Below are positions 19,121-59,971 of a stretch of 64,000 nucleotides of DNA, piece by piece. Positions within the stretch are counted from its first letter, which is position 1. Every line of letters starts with the position of its first letter. The stretch is from Amoebidium appalachense (taxonomy: Eukaryota > Protista > Ichthyosporea): positions 1,426,001 to 1,490,000 of the forward strand of contig CAVNZM010000006.1 in assembly GCA_963693365.1 (NCBI GenBank), read 5' to 3'. The translations under genes and the position numbers were made by a program. The notes below the pieces were generated by a model, which had not been told where the DNA came from, made no database searches, and saw nothing but the letters and a program-made list of their open reading frames with translations.

Positions 19121-19551
19121 ATTGGGCTTGTTTTAGGGGGGAGGGGGAGGGGGGGGGGGGGGGGCGTCGGCGGGGGATGTAGTAATTTCGGAATTAAGAG
19201 GAGAAAGTCACCCTCCCCGATGATCGGACAGGTACCCCCCCTCACCCCCCCCTGTTTCGGTACTGCTAACGTACATCAGATAACAGGACGGGACATTTGG
19301 GCAACCTCATGTGGCAGTTAACATAATCCATCACATGCTTCATAAGCGCTATAATTGCTGAAGGTGACTATGCCTATAAGTACCATGTGTCACTGAGGCT
19401 ACACGCGAAGCTAACCCCCCCCCTCCCCTCCCCCTCTCTCCCTTGACAAGCGCCTTTTTGGGCATTGCACGCGGTTGACAAATGGTGCGCGCGCACACAC
19501 ACACACACACACAAGCACACACACGTACACACACACACGCGCGCACACACA

Positions 19552-19588
<37 letters not shown>

Positions 19589-19641
19589 CAAGGTGGATGG
19601 ATCCGTGCTTGCACGAACACACCACATGTCCGAAGATGAAG

Positions 19642-19960
19642 ACACACACCCACACCCACACAGTGCCAAACACACGCACACACCGTCGCACACACACACG
19701 TACACAGATAGTACAACGACGTCAGCAATTTCGATTTAAGAGCAGAAAGTTTTCTCAGAGCGATATTTGCATAAGGAAGAAGTTGGTGGGTTGAGCGGGA
19801 GAGAGACCAAGGGTTTTTCAAACACACACCCACACGGTGCCAAACACACACGCTCACACACACACGTACACAAATGGTACAACGTCGTCAGCAATTCAGA
19901 TCCAAAAGTAGAAAGCTTACTCAGCGCGATATTTACATAATTTCGAAGTTGGTGGGTTGG
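19642..19960. repeat. Diverged tandem duplication of ~170-bp unit
   Basis: gtgccaaacacac...gtacaacg.cgtcagcaatt...agaaag...ctcag.gcgatattt.cataa...gaagttggtgggttg occurs twice. Confidence 0.8.
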
Positions 19961-21433
19961 GACTGACTCCTGCCCATAGCTACCGTGCTAAACTACACTT
20001 CTGTCTCTACTTACCATGCCAAACTCCATTCTTGGCTATGGCTATATTAACTTGCTAACAGCAGTCATGTCTATAGCTACATCGCCATGTTACTGTCCTT
20101 AGCTACCAAGGCCATCTGAAGCCTTACCTGACCTGCAATCGATAGTGCCGCGGCCAACAACAGGTGCCTTTGCCTTCATCTAGTACACGCCCTGGCAGCT
20201 ACGTATGATAGCTAGATGTGATAGCTCGAGCCTCATCGCCTCTGTGCATGTCCAGAAAGATTACACCCAGAACCCACCACATTTTGTTTTGCATTTTTTT
20301 TTTTTTTTTCCCCCAGAACGGCCAGACGGTTTTTGAAAAGGGAGCAAGCAGTGAGCAGCTGTGTACACATGTCATGTACAACAAAGTCATGACAGTGGAC
20401 TATTTTTGGATTAGGGGGTTTCGAATTCTTGATGAGGACTTTTCAAAGTATTTTCATTGTTTTCGAATTCTTATCATGATACGGATTGGCTTTCATTAAT
20501 TTGGTGACTTACACAAATAAATAATTGGCGGAAGGATAAAAAATATATGTCTACATGATAAATAATAGCGTATACAGAGGATAATCGATATGTTTTGAGT
20601 CAAATCCAGCCTAAAGAAAAAGTTATTTGTTTACAGAATTTCAAAAATCATGGAATCTGCATGATCAAATCTCGGCGGCACAGAGAGGTGTACTCAATTC
20701 CAGTTCTATTTGCTATGCGAATTACATTGTTATCGAAGTTTACAATAGCTCGATTGAAAGTTATCAAGAGCTTTAAGCGATAAGGCTATATTATTGTAAT
20801 TGAAGACAGCCTTGACTGAGAGAGTATACTAGTAAAAAGCGAGCCACAGTGTCACACATGTACAGTCACAATTGGCACGCGTCGTGACTCGTGACTCCAT
20901 TCGAAGTTTTGGGGGATCCAAAATCTAAAAAAAGCATCTAATCGCAGCTAAAAATAGCCAAAAGTGACGTCAGGAAGTTCCAAGATGCCGGCGCGCACCG
21001 GGAAAACGACTCCCTTGTTCACGTCTTCACGAGCGAGTCACACCGGCCCGCGTACGCAAAGCACACCCACACGGACACCTATTGTAACCGTATCAGCATG
21101 GTATGGGCGTGAATGGTTTATTAGATTTTGAGGAAGTTTGTTTTCTGGTTTTCTGCTTGGTTACTTACACAGCATAACTGGGTAGACAAGTAATTAAACC
21201 TCACGAAAAGTTTTGTTCAAGGCACTGTGAATCATGGCGGGAACATAACAACAGAGTTCACATATGACATAAGCGAAGAAAGAGCAGGCACACAACATGG
21301 CACGCATGTTGCTGCTCGAGGCGCTCTCAGACAAAAAAAGAACCTGCGTAGTTTAACTACTAGTGGTGTCACACAACCAACAGACACACGTAAGTGAAAC
21401 TTTATTTCCTACTGGTCACGTTCAAGGTTCATA

Positions 21434-21752
21434 ATGGCGGATTCTTTTGACAAGGCGCCCTCGGAAGGGACGGTAAAGAAAGGAAGAGCCATTGCACCTT
21501 GGCGTAAATCAGTAGTTAGGGATGCTCCAAACGACGGGGATTTTCGCGAGGATGGGAGTAGGGTTTTGCACGTGGGACCAAACGAGGGTGCTAGCCAGCT
21601 GTTTATACCGCTGCCTTCGGAACCAGAGCCTTTGCACGACCAAACATCAGACCCCATCATTAAGGTATCCCCGCCCACATAAGCCCCTATGTGTGCTGCT
21701 TGTCTTCACCATTTCTAGCTGCAACTGCATCCATGTAACCGTCTTCGTCTTT

Positions 21753-21784
<32 letters not shown>

Positions 21785-22671
21785 TCCCACACACACATTC
21801 TCTCCTCAAGACACACACATTCGTCACCCACCCGCCACCCTCCGCTCCTTCCCTTACTTGAGGGAATCTGTGCTCGTGTAAGTTGCGTGCACGTGTGCTT
21901 TCTATCTGTACTACGTATCCCCTTTTTTGTTTTCTGTGTGATTGTTTTTGTTGCCCTTTGTTCTAATTATTTCGCCAGCTTTAATAAAGGAACTACCTAC
22001 TGCACATGTCTCTTCCCCTTTTCCACGACACCCTCAACCGCCAAGCTGGAATCTACGTCAGCCTGATTGGTTTTTGCCCCCTTCCGGAGCAACACCAACA
22101 TTCCCGAGAGTTGTGGGGTCTTGTTTGAGGCTATATCGAGCACCGTAGCATGTGGCACGTGCAGGCACCTTTGGGTTGTTGGTTCCTTGGTCGTGCAGGG
22201 ATGAGCTAAACGTCTGGCATTTGTGTATGTATGATTGGTGTGTCAAGTTTATGTGAACATGCACGTATGTGTATGCGCGGTTCTCTCTCTCTTGCGCGCT
22301 CTCTCTCTATATATACATGTAATATATATCCCTCGCTATCTCCCCCCACTCCCCCCCCCCCCTCCCCCTCTCTCCTTCGCTCTCTCTCTCTCTCTCCCTC
22401 CCCCCCCCCCCCCCCCTCTTCTCTCTCTCTCTGTGTGTGTGTGTGTGTGTGCGTGTACATGCGCTCCTGTTTGACACTTTACGCAGCTCGCGCACTGCGT
22501 CTGCCTGTACACGAGACAGCAGAGATGAAGTTTAGGCATCTGGATATGTAGGAAGAACGTCAACTGTGTTCTTCAACTCTTTTTTGTGTAATCCCTTGGC
22601 TATCTGTTGATATCTTTTGTTGCTGAGGCACTTTGCTTAGCACCAAGGAGTGCTCGGGCCGTCTTCCATTC

Positions 22672-22705
<34 letters not shown>

Positions 22706-23307
22706 CACACACACACACACACATGCGCGAGCGCGCACACACACACCCTTTTTTCCCCCTTGGCCGCATCTTTTGTTGCACTGCTGCCTTACTGTTTTAT
22801 ATGCGCTTATGTTAGCTCCTTGTGTTCATCCCTAAACCTTCATGGCACCCAAGGGGCAGGTCTGTGCACACCTTCACATGTCTCCTTGTCTCCCACTCTG
22901 CCTTCCTCCCTCCCCCCCGCTGTCCTTTCATAATGTTTCCCGTGCACATAGTTGTTTGTTTTCCCTCTCTTACAGGGTTCTGTTGTTGTGTTGTTGCGTT
23001 GGTGTGGCTTGTCCCATTCCCCCTTCGCAAATTTTTACTTTTCTTAATGGTTCATAGTTTTTATTTTTCGTTTTTCTCTTTCATGTCTGTAATGTGTTGC
23101 CCCCTGTGAATTTGTGCCCCGTACTGTGCATCATATAACCTCCCCCGTTGCTCTTCCTCGATGTTTCATGGCCCTGTGACTCTGGGCTCTGTTCAGGTAT
23201 TTTTCTTCTGGAAATTTTTGTCGCTTTCTTTTTCTTTTCTCTCTCTCTCTCTCTCTTTTTTTTAGGCACCTGTGCTTCCATCTTTGCCACCCTCTCGTGC
23301 ATATCCC

Positions 23308-23338
<31 letters not shown>

Positions 23339-24651
23339 ACCTGGCCCCCCTTCCCACCCACGGTCTCCTCGATTTTTCCCCTCCCACCACAACCACCAGT
23401 ACACACACACACACTTACACACCTAATCTCACCCACACCATTGGAATATTTCTGCAGGGGACCGGGGTTTGTGACCCAGTATTTCGCTGGGAGCACATTC
23501 TTGCGGAGGTCAAGAAATCCGAGTGGTTTCTTTACATTGGGTCCATCTGTGTGTTGATTGCCGGGGTGATATTCAAGGCAGCCGTGGACCCCAATGCACG
23601 GCCCTTCTTTTGGAACGATTCCACCCTGTGGTACGACCACAAGCCGGAGGCCTTTCCTCGTTGGGTGATTATTTTGGTGGGTCTGTTTGGTGGCTGCGCT
23701 GCCATGCTGTTTGTCGAGTATACAAGGGCAGGTACGCTCCCCCCCCCCCCCCCCCCCAAAGCACATACGCATTTTCCGCTGCACTGCATTAGTTTGCACA
23801 CACATATTCACCATTTTGCTCACCTTGCTTGTATAAGCAACCCTGCTCGTCTTTGATCAAGACGTGTTGACCCTCCCAAGTTCAGTTGATGCTGCTGTCT
23901 GAGTTGGAGAGTCGTATATATGCGGGCGAAGGGGTCGAAACTCAGACGCAATTGATGACTTGGGCCCTCCCTGAGGATGGGCTCTGCTTATGACGCATAC
24001 TGTGCGCATGGCTGATGTTGCATACTTGAATGTTGCCTTTGCATGTGTCCTTCGTGTATGCTTACTTCGTACCGTGTTCCGCATTCAAACCCCCCCAGTC
24101 TTCTTTCAGAGGTGTCCTTTCAGGACAGACCACTGTGTGGAGACCGCTTTACTTCCATGCAACCGGGCATGGTTGCTCTGTGTCGTGCATCTGTAAGCAC
24201 ATACGCATTTTCCACTGCACTGCATTAGTTTGCACACACATATTCACCGTTTTGCTCACCTTGCTTGCATAAGCAACCCTGCTCGTCGTTGATCAAGACG
24301 GGTTGACCCTCCCAAGTTCAGTTGATGCTGCTGTCTGAGTTGGAGAGTCGTAAATACGCGGGCTAAGGGGTCGAAACTCAGACGCAATTGATGACTTGGG
24401 CCCTCCCCCTCCCCCTCGGATGTGACATGCTTGCACGTGCTTGTTTTTCACATTTGGGGGTTTCAAAGTGCTTATCACTCACAGCATGTACTCTCCGTGG
24501 TGTTGTGTGCTTGCGAGTGTGAAGATGATGTTAGGCGCTGCCACACACCATTTCTTACCACCTGGCAACCACAATGCATCATGCTTTTCTTTCACAACTG
24601 CATGCTCTTAGGGGCCCTATCCGTACCCCACATTAGCCATCCTCACCTGCA

Positions 24652-24688
<37 letters not shown>

Positions 24689-25197
24689 TACCCAGGAGAG
24701 TCGTATATACGCGGGGCTAGAGGGTCGAAACTCAGACGCAATTGATGACTTGGGCCCTCCCTGAGGATGGGCTCTGCTTATGATGCATACTGTGCGCATT
24801 GCTGATATTGCATACTTGAATGTTTGCCTTTGCATGTATCCTGCACCATGCTTCTCATCGTGTATACGTACTTCGTACCGTGTTCCGCATTCAAACCCCC
24901 CCCCTCTCCCCCCCCTCGTTCTGCATGTGCGAATTTTGATATGTCCGGTACAGGGCCAGAGCACCGCAAACCGGGGGTGATTCGGGGCATACGTCTTGCA
25001 GCAGCATACTGCTGCTCCCTCATGCTGGTCTACACCGTGACGGGGGTGGCTAGGCGGTCGGTGGGCGCATTGGCACCGGACTTTATGATCCTGTGCATGG
25101 GCAAGCTACCTGATGATGCAGAGTATGTGGGTGTGTGTGGATGTGGGTGTGTGTGTGCGTGTTGGGTGGGTGAGCGTTTTTTTGTTTTTTTTTTCGG

Positions 25198-25230
<33 letters not shown>

Positions 25231-26899
25231 ATAAATGGAGTGCGTGAGCATGTGCACGTGTGATGGGTGGGAGAGGGGGGAAAGGAGGGGATGACGAATT
25301 CAAAGAGGTTTTGGGAGGTGTAGATCGGAGGCCGAAATGAAGGCAACTATATTCAAGGGTGCTAGTGGTCTGTCTGTGTGCAGATGAATTACTCTGGTGG
25401 GTAGATGGTGTGGTGGGGTGACAAGAGAGTGAGCCCCCCCCCCCCCCAAAAAAAAAAAAAAGCCACCCTCCCCTCCACCCTCCACCTTTTCCCCTTCTCC
25501 TCCATCCACATTTCCCACATATGCATTCATGCCCATCTATATGGCTCAACTGGCAGTACGGGAATGATACTGATTGCACGTGCAGTGACGTCACCCCGAT
25601 GGACAGCAACACGGTGTGCACGGCACGAGACGATGGGGACTACTATCTGAGGGAGGCAAAGCAGTCCTTTCCCGGGTATGTGCTGTTTCCTTTGCCTCCC
25701 CTCTGCCTGTGTAGTGCTATTTGCCTGCCATTCAATGCACGGCGCTATGTTCTTCTGTGCATTCGCACTTCTGTTGGGTGTACCACATCGTCATCCCCCC
25801 CCCCCCCCCCCCCCCCCCCCCGGGTGCCCCTTTCCAACCGGTTCCTGGTTCAATGTTACGCACTGAGAGATGTACCCGGGGTCCCGCCTTTGTGCATCTC
25901 TCGTCCCTTACCGAATCATAACTTGCCATTAGTTGAATGTTGACATTGGAAAACGCACAGCAATAGTAGGAGGGCCAAAGAGCATCAGATATGTGGCACA
26001 AGGGGTGTGGAAGGAAGGGGGGAAGATCAAGCTGAAATTCTGAGATAAAGAGCGTTTGAGGTAATGAAAGGGATGCATGCAGTAGGGTGCTGACGTGTGT
26101 GTGTGTGCAGGCTGCTGACGTCACTTTCTGTGGGGTTGGCGCTGTATCTGGGCATGTACATCAGCTGGGTGGCCCTGCGCACCCGCAGCCTGCTGCTGTT
26201 CCAGATGGCCCTTATGCTCGTGCCCCTCCTCATGTACTGCGCCATCCTCATGGGTACGTGCCCTGTTTGTGCGCTGTCCTGGAGGTGTACCGTGGGCATG
26301 TGTGCAAAGGGATTTCATGGGTGTGGTTGGCTCTAAACATGTTTCAGGGCGCGTGTGCTATTCTAAGGCATCCCATATATGTGATGTGCTACCCTAAGGC
26401 AACCCATTGGTGTGTGTTATCCTTGAGGCTATAATGGGTTGTGTGGCATGAACATATCCCGTGAATGCATCGGCTATCTTACGGCATTCCATTGGACCAA
26501 CCACTCGTTCTTACCCCCCTCCCCCCTTGCCCCCCTCCCCCCCCCCCCCCCCATCCCTCCTCCTTCGCCCACTCATTTTCATGTGCTACCTCACCCATGG
26601 GTGCATGAAGGAGTTTGTGGTGTGTGCATACTAAGACATGGATGTGTGGTGTGTGCATGTACATGCTATATAACACGGGTGCGTGGTGTGCATGTGCATG
26701 CTATGTGGCATGGGTGTGTGGTCTGACGGGGGTTGTTCCTTTTGCAGGGCTGCAGGACATCTGGACCAACACGCAGCACACGGTGGATGCCCTGGGGGGC
26801 TACATCCTGCCCTGCCTCATCGTGCCGTGGATATTCATCCCTGTGGCTGTCAAGGTCGACAGGCAGTATCCATTGGATGATCGCGGCCAGGACGATTAA
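21434..26899 (+). CDS. PAP2 / lipid phosphate phosphatase-family multi-pass membrane protein, probably catalytically inactive
   Basis: Phase-compatible exons 21434-21664, 23458-23731, 24954-25122, 25586-25675, 26111-26253, 26748-26899 (TAA); possible extra exon ~22061-22111. LPP-like landmarks: RPFFWNDSTLWY, RRSVGALAPDFxxxC, EAKQSFPG, QHTVDALGG; about six hydrophobic segments. Confidence 0.8.
23759..24407 (+). mobile_element. ~1.5 tandem units of the ~450-nt dispersed element (unit 436 bp here)
   Basis: aagcacatacgcattttcc starts at 23759 and again at 24195; begins after a poly-C tract in a PAP2 intron; near-identical to 61805-62281. Confidence 0.9.
24695..24895 (+). mobile_element. 5'-truncated copy of the ~450-nt element
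   Basis: ggagagtcgtat...gttccgcattcaaa followed by a C tract and preceded by poly-C. Confidence 0.9.
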
Positions 26900-27600
26900 A
26901 TTCATGCACGTAAGATGGGGGGGGGTTGTGTGAAAGAAAAGGAAGGTGAGGACAGGGGGGGGGGGGGGGGGGGGGGTTTGCTTTTAATATATATCGAGTA
27001 GGTGGTTTTGGCGCAAGTTGTTGATATTGTGATGGCTGGCATGCAAGTAGTGCGGTGTGGCCCAGACTAAACACCATAATTGGAATGAATGAAGTGTGAA
27101 CAATGTCGACTGGTGATGAAGACGTTGCGAATTCGGGGTTTGACGAAGGTGCGTGCTTGTTGTAGTCGTGTTAATGGTGTGTGATAGATTGTGAACATGA
27201 ACACACAAACACGCGATTGAGTCTGTTGTGCATACACGTATTGAAAAGGTGGTTCAGACTCTTGTGCATATATTTCAAAGGTGGGTGTGGTGCCCGCTAA
27301 GTGTTTTGCGTATGTTTAGCTGTTGTATTAAATATTTCAACATATATATGAAGTGGTCAGAGAGGTAGGTTGTCTGATTTTTTTAGAGCGGGTTATTATA
27401 AAGAGATGCTCACAGAGATAGTGGCACCCTACGTGGCACAGACTACAGCGAAGTAGTGAACATGTATGCACGTGTGACGAACGACCCTATATCCTATGCT
27501 GCATATGCAACAGCAACAATAAATTTCATGTACTATTATGCGGCGATGCCCACGGCTCGGAGTGGCCCCGATCCCCCCCCCTCCTCCCTCCCCCCCCCAG

Positions 27601-27732
27601 GGGTACTGTGGATGACGTGGGCCCCCCCTGAGGATGGGCTCTGCTTATTATGCATACTCTTTATGTATGGCTTGCATTCTGCATCGTGTTATCCGTTTGT
27701 TCTTGTGTACTTCGTACTTTTTGACGCATTCA

Positions 27733-27734
<2 letters not shown>
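27601..27734 (+). mobile_element. Short (~133-bp) diverged subfamily of the element
   Basis: Nearly identical to 50673-50803; shares gatgac.tgggccc.ccctgaggatgggctctgctta and the tacttcgtac...gcattcaaa-polyC end with the long family. Confidence 0.85.
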
Positions 27735-27766
<32 letters not shown>

Positions 27767-28415
27767 TGCCCCTCACAACACTACATGTCACGATTGAAGA
27801 GGGTTTCTTTTATCATAGGCCGATTAATTGTCCCCATTCCAGCACACCCGGGCCCGGGTCAAGCCATTTGTTCAGCAGATAAATAATGATATGAACTGCA
27901 GTCAATCTTCTTCCTAACGCTTTATTATTATTATTCCCTTCTGGATTTCTTTTTTTTTCCCTTTCTTCTTCTTTTTTGTTGTATTATGGCGCATCTGTGC
28001 CTTGCTAGCTGCCGACAAAACGATGGTGCACAGCTGATGCATATGCGCAGCACGCCAATCATATAGCTAGAATCCCCTCTGACCCGACCCGGCCCGAAAG
28101 TCTAAAAGAAACCCCCTTTCATTGAACCTGGCAGACTCAGTGTCTGCACGGTCCATGCATGTGTGGCTGCCGTCTGCTATAAGTTAGCACGATCCATAGA
28201 AGGAATGCTGTGCTAGAGCTGGATGTACGTATACACCGATCCACCTCACGAGCCGTCGAAACTTTGCTACATGACGTGGATTTTGCTTAGTCTGACCGAG
28301 GGGAACAGCCCCCCCCCCATAATTATGGGGACACGTGTGGTGTACACCACATCCACCACCACCACCATGTACGTATACACGCACACACGCAGTGGAAGCG
28401 TGCTGGGCCCATAAC

Positions 28416-28645
28416 CTGTAAAATTATATAAGTATTTGGGACGGAAGCAGAGACACAGTGGTGCAGTGTGAAAACACCACAGACACACAACAGCAAAACA
28501 CGGAACGATCGGAGTCGTGTCTAAACATTGATGTCTGTTGTGTACACTGCTCCGATCGTTCCGTGTTTTGTTGTGTGTCTGTGGTGTTTTCACACTGCAC
28601 CACTGTGTCTCTGCTTCCGTCCCAAATACTTATATAAATTTACAG
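28416..28645. repeat. Near-perfect inverted repeat/hairpin (MITE-like or hairpin-RNA locus)
   Basis: 28416-28514 is the reverse complement of 28550-28645 with one mismatch and one 3-nt indel; 35-nt loop. Confidence 0.9.
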
Positions 28646-28646
28646 C

Positions 28647-28703
<57 letters not shown>

Positions 28704-28913
28704 CGTCTCTCGCCATGGCGCCTAGCCGCATGTATCACCGGTGGCCAAGGCCGGGCCGGCCGGGACCCACCCACCCACCCATCCCACGTCGTACCGTATG
28801 CCATCCCACCCACCACCCACACGCACAAAGGTGCACCGGCACCACACACAACCGTTACAGCATGCAGGCCAAAAACTTAAGTGCAGTGCGTGGTTGCTCG
28901 AGACTGATCAGAA

Positions 28914-28948
<35 letters not shown>

Positions 28949-29459
28949 TGCAATCGTGCAAGTCGGAAGTTTTCTAGATCTCTTGACGCCAACACACATC
29001 AGTACATGTGTACACATGCAGTCAGTAGCGCACCAATCATGCATACAGTCAGTAGCCTCGTGCTGTATTCACATTTCGCCTATACATCTCTCTGCATCTG
29101 GCTAGAGCTTCTGGCTAGTTGGAATAAATGTAATATGGGAAAGTATATTGCGTAGAATAAAAAACTCAAAATAATCCTAATCTATAATACACCAAGCGCA
29201 ACCGTATGGGGCCCGTAGTCACGTGCACTGTGCCCTCTTCATCAACATCACGCTAATTTTAATACTTTTTCAATAATAACACTATATACATTCATAATCA
29301 ACAGTGGCTGCTTGCATGTAATACTATTATTAATTTCTGACTCAACAATCTAAGGAACGGGCTACAAAATCACGTGGGTCATATTTACAAGAACAGCACC
29401 AAACCTGCTACCAATGCGTGTGGATGTGTGCTCCACACACATCCACATGCATTCTCTTC

Positions 29460-35562
<6,103 letters not shown>

Positions 35563-36866
35563 GGCTGACACGAAACTCGTGCACGTTGGTCAAAGTTTTA
35601 TCGGAAAAGGGTGCCTACTTTTTGTTTTTGACGTTTCTAAATTGTACAAGCTCAAACCTGCTTCGTTGGTCCTAAATGGGAACTATATATGCCAATGCTA
35701 TTCAGGAACAAAAGGGATTGTATCGGAAAGAATGAACATCAAGTAACTCAAATCATGAAAAACTCCAGCGCGGATGTACATGAAGGGTTGTGTTGCACTT
35801 ACAAATGAAACGAGAATAATCGACGGGTTGCCCTCTTTATAGCTTTTAGCGGCCTAAGTGCTGTGAGTTTAGGGGGTGGCTTACGTAACGGGAATATGAC
35901 GGAATAGCCTGGCAGGTGGCTAAACGTAAACCCTTATCTAGAGTTTTGATTCGTTCCGGTAGCCCAAGCAGGGTTTACTTATAATAAATTAATATAAAGG
36001 GTCAAAAGGGTCACACCACTGTTTCACCAGTTGTATGTTCTCGAACTTTAGTAAAATCCTTATTTTGATTCGTCTATATTGCACCAAAGCTCAACAAATT
36101 TTGATTGGTTGCGGGGTGCGAACCTTCTCAGCCTCGCTCTCTCTCTCTGCCAGGCTGCGTTCTGAAAAGGGACGTCTCTGAAGTCAAGGGTCAATTCGTT
36201 TCAGGGGGCCAACGTGCACTGGGCCTCAAACGGGTCACCAAAGACATGAATCATTGATTACATGAATGAAAACTCAAGAAACAAACGTGTATTCAGAGGA
36301 AGGTGAATATGGGAGCAAGGATCTATCTTTAAACCATATGCGCCGTGTTTGGGGTTTGGCATTGGGCTGGTGGTTTGGCTGAGATCTTGTTCGGGACGAG
36401 CAACGTGTGGTAGTTATAGAAAACAGCTTAGGTAGATTAGGACTATGCAGGATCATGCACGGTTGTCATTAACAGCAATGCTACGGATTTCAAATATCAA
36501 AGTTTGCCAACCTTAAGGTTTTTCTTTACGTAGAAAAAGTGGTGTTCTTCGTCCTTTCGATGTTTATTGGGCGGTCTTTTGCTTGAAGACTTCTTTCCGT
36601 CACCCACAAATAGTTAAGCACGTATGTTGAGTCGAGGCTAATGGGTTTCGAAAAATTGCGCTGCACTTGTATGACGAGACATCAGCCGACAATTATGAGA
36701 CCGCCAATTTGATGCCTTGCTAACCACTCAACCGAAGTGTGTGTTTATTTGAGGACTTCATTGAACTTTGCAGTGCTAACCGGTTACGTTTTCAAAACAG
36801 ATACCTTCTTAAACACAAGATCTCGTTATAGTTTGTGGCTCCACAGGAGCCTGAGAAGCGGCCAAG
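35563..36866. promoter_or_regulatory. Probable divergent promoter region between DNAJB6-like and myosin-I genes
   Basis: 1.3-kb largely microsatellite-free interval between head-to-head ATGs; ATTGG (CCAAT) motifs near 36104, 36361, 36566. Confidence 0.5.
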
Positions 36867-58177
<21,311 letters not shown>

Positions 58178-58728
58178 TCTTGTGAAAGAGCAGTGTTCTG
58201 TATATATTTGCAGCATAATTAGTTGTTTCCCAAACTGCATGTATGAATAATATACCTGCCATGCTGTGCATTGTATATTATGAGATCTCATTGTTTATTA
58301 ACTTTTGTACGTGCGGGTATAAGACTTAGCGGCCTTAACCCAGCTTGCAGACCCATTATATTGCCATTTCCTTTATGCCTTCTGCACCGAGAGCTCTACT
58401 CTATTCACCAATGGAGATATAGATGGTATGTAGGCAAAATGCACGATAATTTTGAGTCTGTAGGTCGTTGTGGTTTCTCCACTTGTGCAGCTTTGTAGGC
58501 TGCCCTTTTCCGTAACCATTTTTTTTACGAAGGAGAAATGATAACAATGACTATGATCTTGCAAGTTTCATTAAATGATGTAACGGGTTATCTGCTGCAA
58601 TGTTGCGGGACGCTTTCTATGGAAGAGAACGTGCCCATGTTGATGAGCATTAAGTCAAAGTCTTCACGCAAGACGCTCTGCAATTGGGCCACACTCAGTG
58701 TTCCGTTTTGTGATGCATCAAACACCGT

Positions 58729-58759
<31 letters not shown>

Positions 58760-59971
58760 GGGGGGATATTATAGTTGTGGGTTCCATGTTATCACATCAG
58801 ATATTACGAGCACAGTGCTCTCAGGATTATAGTCAAAGCTAGATTGTTTGTATAATGTCAGCAGTGCATATAACAGGTATGATTATGTATGCTTGGCAGT
58901 GCGTGCACATGCATACTACGTGTGTGTTACATGTTTTGTGTGTGTATTTGTGTGTGTTGTGGTGTGGGCTTGTGAACATGTTAGACACTGTGTGTGGATG
59001 TGTGTGTGTGTCACTGGTGCTTGTGTGTATGCACAAATTTGTATGTGTGTGTACAATGTGCACGACACTTTTATTTTATTTTATCACGTTTTGTTCCCGG
59101 AGAGCCTTTACAGGCCCTCTAGGGAAACTACCGTCTACCACACAGCACCGACAGTACACTAGTTAAGGTGCTATCTATGAGTTCAAGCTACTGAGCTAAA
59201 CTGTGCATGACACGTGTGTCCCCACCTTAAAGCTTTAAAGAGCTTTCCCAATTTGCACATATCAACAAACGCATTATACATACCGTGCGTAAATGTAAAA
59301 GGCAGACTAAATAAGTTGTCCTGATCAAAGACACGTGTGTGTGTGTGTGTGTGTGTGTGCATAGGCTGTGTCTGTGTTTGTGGAGGAGTTGAATTTGAAG
59401 GGGTGCGGGGGGGAGGGGGGGGGGGGGGGGGGAGAGGAGGGGAGGGAGGGCCCGGGGAAGGTGTGCTCGGCGCAGGCACGAATTCGTGGGCCACAAAGTC
59501 GTGCGTGCTTGGATGGTCATCCCTTAGTAGTTTAGTAGTGTTTCTGTCAGCTAGAAAAAGAAAAGCTAACATACCCCAAGTCGATCGTGGGTATAAAGCA
59601 CCTGCTGAAATCGTGCCAGGAGTACAAGATACATATGACCAATACCGGGGATGACCAAGAATATGAGCCTGGGGTGGCCTTATACCCGGGAACGGTATAT
59701 AAATGCGGATTGATCATGGCACAGTGGGCACAGTGGAAAAAACTGAGAGAAAAGGAAGGAGTGTGCTTTTGCAAAGCGAAGACTTTACAGTTTGTAGTTA
59801 TCCATATTCGTCGGTTTAGCGTATGAAGTTTAGAGGCAGTTGTACACCTGCAGGGGGCTGTATGTGTAGGGTATGAAGAGTCGGTTGAATATAGTTTTTT
59901 TCGTTCGCTGGTGTGTCGTCTCTGAAAGGAAGTGATTGGCAGGGCAGCGAGCGCTGCCTGCCAGCCAGGCC

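Noticed and set aside
22488-22547. Possible small PAP2 exon
   Set aside because: Phase is incompatible with neighbours, or it needs an in-frame stop; not required for the model.
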